Assembly (NCBI GenBank): GCA_903879915.1
Contig: CAIRNJ010000043.1
Location: 15-64,014 of the forward strand
From: an uncultured Elusimicrobia bacterium
GTDB lineage: Bacteria > Elusimicrobiota > Elusimicrobia > Elusimicrobiales > UBA9959
Direction: 5' to 3'
Length of the DNA stretch: 64,000 nucleotides
Part shown: one piece after another, positions 1 through 8,060 of the stretch
Numbering within the stretch: position 1 is the stretch's first letter
How the letters are laid out: the number at the start of each line of letters is the position of its first letter
Position numbers and translations under genes: made by a program
The notes under the pieces: generated by a model
The model's database searches: none
What the model saw: only the letters and a program-made list of their open reading frames with translations
Told to the model about the DNA's origin: nothing

Positions 1-109
1 TGACGACCGTTGTTTTAGCCCCCTCCTTACCGCTGAGGGAAAGCGAGGCATTGATGGTACCGGAAAGCTTGTCAAGAGAGCGATTCATTGAAAAGCGCTT
101 CAACTCATC

Positions 110-178
110 ATCCGCATCGAGGAAGAGCTGGGCAAGAAAGCGCGCTACGCCAAGGACTTCGCTTTCAAGTTCAAATAA
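110..178 (+). CDS. eno: Enolase, C-terminal fragment only
   Basis: Manual translation IRIEEELGKKARYAKDFAFKFK* matches the enolase C-terminus (LLRIEEELG..A.Y). It lies directly upstream of ftsB, the common eno-ftsB order. An in-frame TGA at 89-91 blocks extension upstream. Confidence 0.75.
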   Translation: MRIEEELGKKARYAKDFAFKFK

Positions 179-190
179 CCGGCGAACAGG

Positions 191-269
191 AACCCCGCCG
201 TGTCCCCCCCCCCGCCGCGTACCCTCCAGGGGGGCGCGGCAACGGGGCGGATAGCGGCGGGTTTTTTTT
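191..269 (+). terminator. Long GC-rich hairpin with U-tract after eno
   Basis: cccgccg...gccgcg / cgcggc...cggcggg followed by a T run that ends at the ftsB ATG. Confidence 0.65.
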
Positions 270-560
270 ATGAAGAAACTGCGCTTCGGGATAAAACTAA
301 GATACGTGCTGGTGCTGGCCCTGGCGTTCATACTGCTGGGCAACAGGGGGCTGCGGAACCTCGTGGCGAGCTACCGCGAATACCGCACCCTTACGGCCAG
401 GAAACTGCAGCTCGAAGGACAGCGCGCCGAGCTGGCGAAGCAGCTTAAGGAAGTGGGCGCCAACCCCGCCGTGGAGCAGGCGGCGCGCAGGGAGCTCGGG
501 CTGATCAGGCCCGGCGAGACCGAATACCGTTTTCCCCCTCCCAAGGATTCCGACAAATGA
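270..560 (+). CDS. ftsB: Septum formation initiator FtsB/DivIC family
   Basis: N-terminal TM helix, coiled coil and the E..AR.ELGLI.PGE motif. Follows eno. Confidence 0.85.
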   Translation: MKKLRFGIKLRYVLVLALAFILLGNRGLRNLVASYREYRTLTARKLQLEGQRAELAKQLKEVGANPAVEQAARRELGLIRPGETEYRFPPPKDSDK

Positions 561-1189
561 AAAGCATGCAGTTCAAAGTGGGCCCGATGGATAACTTCTC
601 CTACGTCGTCTGGGACGAAAGCTCGGCCGAGGCCGCGCTGATAGACCCCGCGTGGGAGCCGGGAAAGCTGGAGGCCTTCCTGAAAAAAGAAAGGCTGGCG
701 CTGAAGATGGTGCTGCTGACGCACGCCCACCCGGACCACGTCAACGGCGTGAACTATTTCGCCGGAAAGAACTCCGGGCTGCCGGTATACCTTAACGCCG
801 AGGACCAGTTCATGCTGGAGGAACGCCCCGCGGGCCTGCGCGACGCGGCCGAAGGCGATAAGATACGGCTCGGCGCGGGCGTAATAACGGTGATGCGCAC
901 GGCGGGGCACACTCAGGGCTCGGTCTGCTACCTGGTGCCGGGCGCCGTGTTCTCCGGCGATACGCTGTTCGTGGGCGAGTGCGGCCGCGTGGACCTGCCG
1001 GGCTCGAGCCCCGAGGCCCTGTACAACAGCTTCGTGAGGCTGGCCGGCCTGCCCTCCGCCAACGCGCTGTACCCCGGCCATTCCTACAACGGGGACACCT
1101 CCACCATGGGCGTGCAGAAGGAATACAACCTGTATCTTAAGCTGGCCCTCCAGGGCCGCCGGGAAGACTTTCTCAAGGCGGTAAAATGA
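557..1189 (+). CDS. MBL-fold metallo-hydrolase (glyoxalase II-like)
   Basis: THAHPDH, GHT, GDTLF..CGR and PGH motifs. Confidence 0.9.
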   Translation: MKSMQFKVGPMDNFSYVVWDESSAEAALIDPAWEPGKLEAFLKKERLALKMVLLTHAHPDHVNGVNYFAGKNSGLPVYLNAEDQFMLEERPAGLRDAAEGDKIRLGAGVITVMRTAGHTQGSVCYLVPGAVFSGDTLFVGECGRVDLPGSSPEALYNSFVRLAGLPSANALYPGHSYNGDTSTMGVQKEYNLYLKLALQGRREDFLKAVK

Positions 1190-1848
1190 CGCGGCGCAAG
1201 CCGGCGCCGGGCGGCTGGGCGGCGGTCTCGGATTTCGACGGCACCATCACGCTGGCCGACGTGGGGGACTCGCTGCTGCTGCATTACGGCTGCGCGGACA
1301 GGGAAACCATAGAGAAGTCCTATTCGCTGAAGGTGCGCGTGGAGGACTTCATGAAGAAGGCCTTCGCCGGGGCGAAGCTTTCGGAGGCCGCCATAACACA
1401 ATTCGTCAGGCGCAGGGTCAAGGCCAGGCCCGGGTTCCGGAAGTTCGTGGCGTTCTGCGCGCTCAACCGCATACCTTTCGAAGTGGCCAGCGGCGGCGTG
1501 GACCTTTACGCGGACCCTTTTTTCAGGAAGCAGGGCGTGAGCGTGAAGGCCTTTTTCGGCAGGGCCCGCGTGACCCCGGCCGGGATAGTGATAACCTATC
1601 CCTTCCTCGGGCGCCTGGACCTCAGCGCTTTCAAGGCCGACCGGGTGCGCCGGCACAAGCGCGCGGGGCGCAGGGTGGTCTTTTTCGGCGACGGGCCCAA
1701 CGACCTGAAAGCGGCCGCGCTGGCCGACAAGGTTTACGCCGCGGGGCGGCTGCTCAGGCTCTGCCGTGAGCTCGGCATAGCCGCGGCCCCGCTGGCGGAT
1801 TTTTCCCGCGCCATAGCTTTCCTGAAAAAAGCGGCGCCGGCCGGCTGA
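1186..1848 (+). CDS. HAD-superfamily phosphatase, MtnX-like (subfamily IB)
   Basis: DFDGTIT, SGG and GDGPND motifs. Confidence 0.85.
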   Translation: MTRRKPAPGGWAAVSDFDGTITLADVGDSLLLHYGCADRETIEKSYSLKVRVEDFMKKAFAGAKLSEAAITQFVRRRVKARPGFRKFVAFCALNRIPFEVASGGVDLYADPFFRKQGVSVKAFFGRARVTPAGIVITYPFLGRLDLSAFKADRVRRHKRAGRRVVFFGDGPNDLKAAALADKVYAAGRLLRLCRELGIAAAPLADFSRAIAFLKKAAPAG

Positions 1849-1853
1849 CAACT

Positions 1854-2645
1854 ATGCATCCATTCATTTTCCAGATCGGGGCGTTCAAACTGCCGGCCTA
1901 CGGGCTGATGGTGGCGGCCGGCTACCTGTCCGCGATCTTCTATATTTTCAGCAAGGCGCAAAAGGCCGGTTTTAAACGGGAAGCGCTTTCCGATCTGATC
2001 TTTTACACCGTGCTGGGCGGCATGCTGGGCGCCAAGCTTTTCTACGCGGTCACCTACTGGCAGGACTTCGGCGGGAGCGTCGCGCAGAAACTGTACTACG
2101 TGCTGCGCACTTTCCAGTACGGGTTCGTTTTTTACGGCGGGCTGGCCGGCGGCACCGCGGCCTTCCTGCTCACCGCGCGCCGCAACCGCCTGCCGCTGCC
2201 GCGCGCGGCCGACCTCTTCGCGCCGGCGCTGGCCGTCGGCCACGCTTTCGGCCGGATAGGCTGTTTCCTGGCCGGCTGCTGCCACGGGCTCCCCGCCGGC
2301 GGCTGGCCGGGCGTCACGTTCACGGACCCGGTCTGCGAAGTGAACCCCGCCCTGCTGGGCGTACCGCTGCACCCCGTGCAGCTCTACGAGGCCGCCGGGA
2401 ACGTGCTGATCTTTGTTATGCTTAACAAAGCCCTGAACAGGGCGCTGGCCGGGCGCCTCCGGCCCGGAACGGTGATCTGCCTCTACGCGGTGCTGTACGG
2501 CGCGCTGCGTTTCGCGCTGGAATTCCTGCGCGGGGACGACCGCGGGGTCTCGACGCTGGGGCTGTCCCCCGGCCAGCTGATCTCCGCCGCGGTAGCGGCC
2601 GCCGCGGCGGCCTGCCTGGTAAAACTAAATTATGAAAAAAAATAA
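1854..2645 (+). CDS. lgt: Prolipoprotein diacylglyceryl transferase
   Basis: YG, FYGG, GRIGCFLAGCCHG, HPVQLYE and RF..EF.RGD motifs. Multiple TM segments. Confidence 0.92.
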   Translation: MHPFIFQIGAFKLPAYGLMVAAGYLSAIFYIFSKAQKAGFKREALSDLIFYTVLGGMLGAKLFYAVTYWQDFGGSVAQKLYYVLRTFQYGFVFYGGLAGGTAAFLLTARRNRLPLPRAADLFAPALAVGHAFGRIGCFLAGCCHGLPAGGWPGVTFTDPVCEVNPALLGVPLHPVQLYEAAGNVLIFVMLNKALNRALAGRLRPGTVICLYAVLYGALRFALEFLRGDDRGVSTLGLSPGQLISAAVAAAAAACLVKLNYEKK

Positions 2646-3552
2646 AATCACCTATTCAGGCCCCCCTTGCCGGCTTGATGTGTTCCTTACTGAAACCGGC
2701 GAGAACTTCACCAGGCCCTTCTCCAGGTCCCTGGTGCTGGAAGGACTGGTCACGGTCAACGGCGAGATCAGGAAGCCGTCGTACCAGCTCGACACGGGCG
2801 ATATCGTGGAGATAGGCGCCCCCGAGACCGGCCAGCGGCAGGACGGCTTCGAGGGACTGGTGATCTTCGAGGACAAAGCGCTGCTGGCGGTGGAAAAGCC
2901 GGCGGGCCTGGCCGTGCACCCGAATTCGGCGGCCTGGGAAACGAACCCTGCCGCCGCCCTGCTCGGCGAGCCCACGCTGGTTTCCCTGCTGTTCTCCGCG
3001 CGCCCGAAGATGGCCGGGACCGGCGTTACCAGGCTGGGCCTGGTGCACCGCCTCGACCGCGACACCAGCGGGCTGATGATACTGGCCAAGACCGCCGGGG
3101 CGCAGGAAGCGCTTACCGCGGGGTTCAGGGACCGCCTGATGGAGAAGACCTATCTGGGCGCCGTGGGCGGCATCCCGGAGGACCGGACCGGCGTGATAAA
3201 CGCCCCCATCGGCCGCGCCACGGGCTTTAAGAAGATCAAGGTCTGGGAATACGGCCGGGACGCCGTGACCGAATACAAGATAAAGGAAAAGGGCGCCGAT
3301 TGCGCCCTGCTCCAGATACACCCCATGACCGGCCGCACCAACCAGATAAGGATACACATGGAGTACCTGGGCCACCCGATAATAGGCGACAGGCTCTACG
3401 GCGGCCGCCCGGCGGCCCGCATGCTGCTGCATTCGACGCGCCTGGCCTTCGCCCACCCCGTGACCGGCAAAAAAACGGAACTGGAATCCCCGATGCCGGA
3501 GGATTTCAAGGCGGTGTGGAAAGAGTTCAAGAAGAAGAAACAGGCGGTCTAG
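2632..3552 (+). CDS. RluA-family pseudouridine synthase with S4 domain (RluD-like)
   Basis: N-terminal RLD S4 domain, KPAG, HRLDRDTSG, GRTNQIRIH and GD.LYG. Confidence 0.92.
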   Translation: MKKNKITYSGPPCRLDVFLTETGENFTRPFSRSLVLEGLVTVNGEIRKPSYQLDTGDIVEIGAPETGQRQDGFEGLVIFEDKALLAVEKPAGLAVHPNSAAWETNPAAALLGEPTLVSLLFSARPKMAGTGVTRLGLVHRLDRDTSGLMILAKTAGAQEALTAGFRDRLMEKTYLGAVGGIPEDRTGVINAPIGRATGFKKIKVWEYGRDAVTEYKIKEKGADCALLQIHPMTGRTNQIRIHMEYLGHPIIGDRLYGGRPAARMLLHSTRLAFAHPVTGKKTELESPMPEDFKAVWKEFKKKKQAV

Positions 3553-3580
3553 CAACGCCGCGTAAGGTTCGCGGCATGCT

Positions 3581-3616
3581 TCTGATCCCGGCCCCGGCAG
3601 CGGAGCCGGGATCAGA
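3581..3616. terminator. Hairpin between convergent genes
   Basis: tctgatcccggc...gccgggatcaga inverted repeat overlapping the GH57 stop codon. Confidence 0.55.
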
Positions 3617-5218
3617 ATTTTGAGACCGAAGCGAAGACGCGGAAGTCGAGGCGCGGGAAGAGATTGTTGCGCTGCTCCAGTTCGGAGAGCGCGGCCTCGT
3701 CCACTTTTTTCTCTATCACCTCGCCCAGCAGCTTGATGGCGGCCGCCGCGTGGTCCTCCAGGCGGCTCTTGGCGTACTGCGCGTGGGAACCGATGTAAAG
3801 CAGGAAAGCCCAGTCGGAGGACTGCGCCAGCAAAGTCTCGCGCGCGGCCTGGTTCAGCGCCCGGGCGTTCACGCCCGACAGGTCCTGGTTGCGGAAGCGG
3901 TTGGCCGTCTCTATCATCTTGTCGGTGGCCGCGTAGACCGCGTTATAAATGAAATCGTTGGACTCGTTCACCCACGGGTCGAAATAGCCGTTCTCGCCCC
4001 AGGAGGACATGCCCGGCGTGATCGCCCGCGGCTCCTGGCAGGAGTTAAGATATTCCGAGGGCGTAACGAACTGCAGCGGCAGGCGCTCGACCCGTATCTT
4101 GCGGATCACCGTCTCCAGGAAAGCCGGCCCCTCGAACCACCAGTGGCCGAACAGCTCGGCGTCGTAGCAGCTCACTATCAGCGGCCGCCCGCCGTGCGCG
4201 CTGTAGATCTCGTCCGTCTGCGCCATGCGGCGGGCCAGGAAATCCGCGGCGTGCGCCTCCACCCGCGCCAGGGCCAGGTCGGGGTCGTAGTACTCTTGGC
4301 CGCCAGGTCCACGCCCTGCCCCGTGATGCGGTAGTATTTAAGCCCCAGCGGGCGCCTGATGCCGTCGGAACCGAGGTAGGGCCGGATATCCTCGTACTCC
4401 CCGTCGTGCCCCAGGTCCCGGTAAAATTCCCTGTACGCGGGGTCGCCGGGGTAGCCGAACTTGGCGCTCCACACTTCGCGCGAGCTGGCCGCGTCCCTGG
4501 CAAAAAGCCCCAGGCCGTTGGTGGTGCGGTAGGGGGTGGAGACGCCGCCGGGGGCCGCGTCGCCCGCGAATTCCACGGCGTGGGACTCGGTGAAAGTGTA
4601 CGCGAACCCTGAAAGCTTCATGTAGGAGTTAAGGCGCGGCTCATAGCCGCACTCCGGCAGCCAGAAGCCGGCCGGCGGCCGGTTGAAGCGCTCCTGGTAA
4701 TCCTCCGCCGCCACGGCCAGCTGGGCCCGCACGGCCTCGGGCCTGGTCAGCAGCGGCAGCACGGCGTGCGTGGCGGCCGTGGTTATTATCTCTATCTGCC
4801 CGGCATGCTGCAGCGCCTTCAGCGGGGTGATGAGATCTCCGCTGTATTTATGCATCAGCGCGGCGGCGTCCTCGTAAAGTTTCTGGTAAAGCTTGACCGT
4901 TTTGAGCAGCGCCGGATCATCTTTGGCGCGCACCAGTTCTTTCTCGATAAGCTCCAGGCGCGACTCGAGGTACAGCGCCATCTTCTCCTCGAGCTCTTCG
5001 TTCTCGAGCATGGCCCCCAGCGTGGGCGAAATGGAAATGGCGATGCCCGGCCGGATACCTTCGGCGGCCAGGCGCTCGAGCGAAGAGATTATAGGGACGT
5101 AAGTTTCCGCCACGGCCTCGAAGAACCAGTTTTCTTCCAGGAAGCTGGAATCGGCGGGATGGTTCACGTACGGCAGGTGGGCGTGCAGCACGAACATCAA
5201 AGAGCCGCGCGCGCTCAT
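3612..5218 (-). pseudogene. GH57 1,4-alpha-glucan branching enzyme-like (DUF1957), split by a 1-bp frameshift near 4295
   Basis: ORF 4178-5218 has HAHLPYV, WLPECGY and GYPGDP.YREFY. ORF 3612-4262 has YDAELFGHWWFEG and LLAQSSDW. Adding one G (AAG AG TAC to AAG GAG TAC) fuses them as KEYYDP. Confidence 0.85.
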
Positions 5219-5604
5219 GGCAGCCCCCGTTTATGGAATTCCATGCTGGCGTAAGCGCGCTCTTCGGCCATTCCGGCCGCGGCCGGGGCCGCGGAGAAGT
5301 TGGACTCGAGAAGTTTTTCCCATTCCCCGCCGCGCTGCGCGTAAAGAGCGGCCGAGTAATTTTTCCCCTGCGCCGGCACGTCCAGATAAGCCCCGCCCGC
5401 GTCCCACGCGGCCTTGCGGGAGAAAGCCTGCGCCTTGTCCTCCTGGAAGAACAGCCGCAGTTCCACTTCCCCGGCCAGCGCGCCGGAGCGGAAAGCCTCC
5501 GCGCGCGAGGCTGAGAACAGCCACAGCACGAAGAAAGCGCCCGGGTTCTTAGGCAGCAGAACAAGGCGGTCTTCAGCTGGAAGCGTCTGCGACAGTTGCG
5601 GCAT
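5215..5604 (-). CDS. DUF4912-like protein
   Basis: LVLLPKNP...FVLW...YL.VP....Y.A.L.....LLESN pattern. Overlaps the GH57 start, a common pairing. Confidence 0.65.
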   Translation of the reverse strand: MPQLSQTLPAEDRLVLLPKNPGAFFVLWLFSASRAEAFRSGALAGEVELRLFFQEDKAQAFSRKAAWDAGGAYLDVPAQGKNYSAALYAQRGGEWEKLLESNFSAAPAAAGMAEERAYASMEFHKRGLP

Positions 5605-5719
5605 GTTATATACAATTTACTAAATTTTACCCGCGGTTAGATATATTTTTCAATCCATTTTTTATATCATAATAATCAGGCCCGCGCGCTACGCGGGCCG
5701 AGACGGCAAGGAGCCACCC

Positions 5720-6754
5720 ATGAAAGCGATTGTAAAAACCTCTCACGCCCCGGGCGCGGCATACCGCGACGCCGAGGTGCCGGTAATAAACAAGGACGAG
5801 CTGCTGATCCGCGTAACCTCCGCCTCGCTGAGTTCCGGCGACCTGGCCGCCTATAACTGGACCGACCCTTTGTTCCCCGCCCACCGCCTGCCCTTTGTCT
5901 TCGGCCAGGAATTCTGCGGCGAAGTGGTTGAAACGGGCTCGCTGGCCCGGGGCTTCGAGAAAGGCGATTTCGTTTCCGTGGAATCCCACATTTTCTGCGG
6001 CGTCTGCGGCCAGTGCCGCAACGACCAGCGCCATATCTGCCAGTACCTGCGCGTGATAGGCCGCGACACGCCCGGCGGGCTGGCCGAATACGCGGCGGTG
6101 CCGGCGCGCTGCGCCTGGAAGCACACCGACGACTCGCTCAAGGACATCGGCGCGCTGATGGGCGCGTTCGGCAGCTCCGTGCACGCGGTGCTGGCCGAAG
6201 ATATCGTGGGCCGGTCCATCGTGGTCTCGGGCTGCGCGCCCCAGGGCCTTTTCGCGGCCGGCATAGCCAGGGCCGGCGGGGCCAGGAAAATAATAGCGCT
6301 GGACCCCTCCCCCTACCGGCGCCGGCTGGCGCTGAAGATGGGCGCCGGGGCGGCCATCGATCCCGCCGACAAGAACTGCCTGAAAAAGATAGCCCGGACC
6401 TGCGGCGCCGAAGGCGCCGACACCGTGGTGGAAATGAGCGGCGGCGCGGCCGCCGTCGAGCTCGGGCTCAAAGCGCTGCGCCCCGGGGGCCGCTTCGTGG
6501 CGTTCGGGCTGCCGCTGACCAAGCTGAGCATAGACTACGCCGGCGACATCGTGCGCAGGGGCATCCGCCTCGAGGGCGTGGCCGGACGGGAGATCTTCAG
6601 GAGCTGGTATAAGATGGAAAGCCTGCTGAAATCGGGCGCGGTGGACCCCAGGCCCGCCGTCACCCATACCTTCAAGTTCAAGGATTTCCGGAAGGCTTTC
6701 GACCTGATAAATTCGAAAGAGCAGAAATGCGGAAAAGTGATACTGGTGCCGTAA
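5720..6754 (+). CDS. Threonine 3-dehydrogenase-like MDR protein with degenerate catalytic Zn site
   Basis: Tdh-like throughout (ESHIFCGVCGQCRNDQRHIC, EMSG, GREIF, THTF, CGKVIL). Sits upstream of kbl. Catalytic CGTD and GHE are replaced by SSGD and GQE. Confidence 0.85.
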   Translation: MKAIVKTSHAPGAAYRDAEVPVINKDELLIRVTSASLSSGDLAAYNWTDPLFPAHRLPFVFGQEFCGEVVETGSLARGFEKGDFVSVESHIFCGVCGQCRNDQRHICQYLRVIGRDTPGGLAEYAAVPARCAWKHTDDSLKDIGALMGAFGSSVHAVLAEDIVGRSIVVSGCAPQGLFAAGIARAGGARKIIALDPSPYRRRLALKMGAGAAIDPADKNCLKKIARTCGAEGADTVVEMSGGAAAVELGLKALRPGGRFVAFGLPLTKLSIDYAGDIVRRGIRLEGVAGREIFRSWYKMESLLKSGAVDPRPAVTHTFKFKDFRKAFDLINSKEQKCGKVILVP

Positions 6755-6797
6755 AGCCAGCCAGGGCGGCTAACGCTTCAGCAGGGAGAACAACACT

Positions 6798-7988
6798 ATG
6801 ACCTTTGACACCCTTAAATTCGCCGACGAGGAAGTTGCCGCGCTTAAAAAGGAGAACCGCTTCATAAAACCGCGCGTGCTGGAAAGCGCGCAGGCCCCTG
6901 TTTCCGTGATAGACGGGAAGAAAGTGGTCAACCTCACCTCCAACAATTATCTGGCCCTGGCCGACAACCAGAAGGTAAAGAAAGCCGCCATCGAAGCCAT
7001 CGAGAAATACGGCGTGGGCTCGGCCGCGGTGCGCACCATAATAGGCACCATGTCCCTGCACACCGAGCTCGAAAGGAAATTCGCCGAGTTCAAACACGCC
7101 GAGGCCTCCATCCTGTTCCAGTCCGGCTTCACCTCCAACGTGGCGGTGTGCCAGTCGCTGATGTCGTCGGAGACCGACCTGCTGATCTCCGACGAGCTCA
7201 ACCACGCCTCCATCATCGACGGCGCCCGCCTGGCCAAGGCCCCGCGCAAGATCTACCGGCACAAGGACGTCAAACACCTGGAGGAGATCCTCTCCGCCCC
7301 CGAAGCGCGAAGCGCGCGCCGCAAGATGGTGGTGACCGACGGCGTGTTCTCGATGGACGGCGACATAGCCAACCTCGACGAGATCGTGGCCGTGGCCCAC
7401 AAGTACGGCGCGTTCGTGATGGTGGACGACGCCCACGCCAGCGGCGTGATAGGCAAGGAAGGCCGCGGCACCGTGAGCCATTACGGGCTGGACGGGAAAG
7501 TGGAGATACAGATAGGCACGCTGTCCAAGGCCTTCGCGGCCGTGGGCGGCTACGCGGCCACAACACAGAGCCTGCGCGACTATATGGGTTCCGTGGCGCG
7601 GCCCTTCCTGTTCTCCAGCTCGCAGCCCCCGTCGGTGGCGGCCACCTGCCTGGCCGTGCTGGACATCCTGCTGACCGAGCCGCAGTACCTGAAGCGGCTG
7701 TGGGACAACACGGCTTTCTTCAAGGAAGAGATGAAAAAAGCCGGCTTCGACACCGGCAATTCGGTCACCCCCATAACGCCCGTGATGGTAGGCGACATGG
7801 ATAAAGCGAAGGCGCTGTCCAACCGGCTGTTCGAGGAAGGGGTGTTCGCGCTGCCGCTGGGCTTCCCCACGGTCCCGAAGGGCAAAGAGCGCCTGCGCAC
7901 CATAGTCACCGCCGGACACACCATCAAGGACCTCGAGTTCGCGGTGGAGAAGTTCGCCAAAGCAGGCAAAGAGCTGAACATCATTTAG
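6798..7988 (+). CDS. kbl: Glycine C-acetyltransferase (2-amino-3-ketobutyrate CoA ligase)
   Basis: SNNYL, NHASIIDG, DGVFSMDG, DDAH and GTLSKA (PLP Lys). Adjacent to the tdh-like gene. Confidence 0.9.
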   Translation: MTFDTLKFADEEVAALKKENRFIKPRVLESAQAPVSVIDGKKVVNLTSNNYLALADNQKVKKAAIEAIEKYGVGSAAVRTIIGTMSLHTELERKFAEFKHAEASILFQSGFTSNVAVCQSLMSSETDLLISDELNHASIIDGARLAKAPRKIYRHKDVKHLEEILSAPEARSARRKMVVTDGVFSMDGDIANLDEIVAVAHKYGAFVMVDDAHASGVIGKEGRGTVSHYGLDGKVEIQIGTLSKAFAAVGGYAATTQSLRDYMGSVARPFLFSSSQPPSVAATCLAVLDILLTEPQYLKRLWDNTAFFKEEMKKAGFDTGNSVTPITPVMVGDMDKAKALSNRLFEEGVFALPLGFPTVPKGKERLRTIVTAGHTIKDLEFAVEKFAKAGKELNII

Positions 7989-8007
7989 GGTCCGCGGAAT
8001 ATAAGCA

Positions 8008-8047
8008 CAGGCGGGGGAGCTGAAGTTTCAGCTCCCCCGCCTGATTT
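8008..8047. terminator. Hairpin terminator between convergent kbl and purH-like genes
   Basis: caggcgggggagctgaa gt ttcagctcccccgcctg, a near-perfect long inverted repeat. Confidence 0.8.
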
Positions 8048-8060
8048 TAAGGGGTTGCCA

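Noticed and set aside
185-270. tRNA or riboswitch
   Set aside because: No cloverleaf or T-loop consensus. It fits a long terminator hairpin.
4285-4300. Programmed ribosomal frameshift in GH57
   Set aside because: No X XXY YYZ slippery heptamer or homopolymer run at the break.
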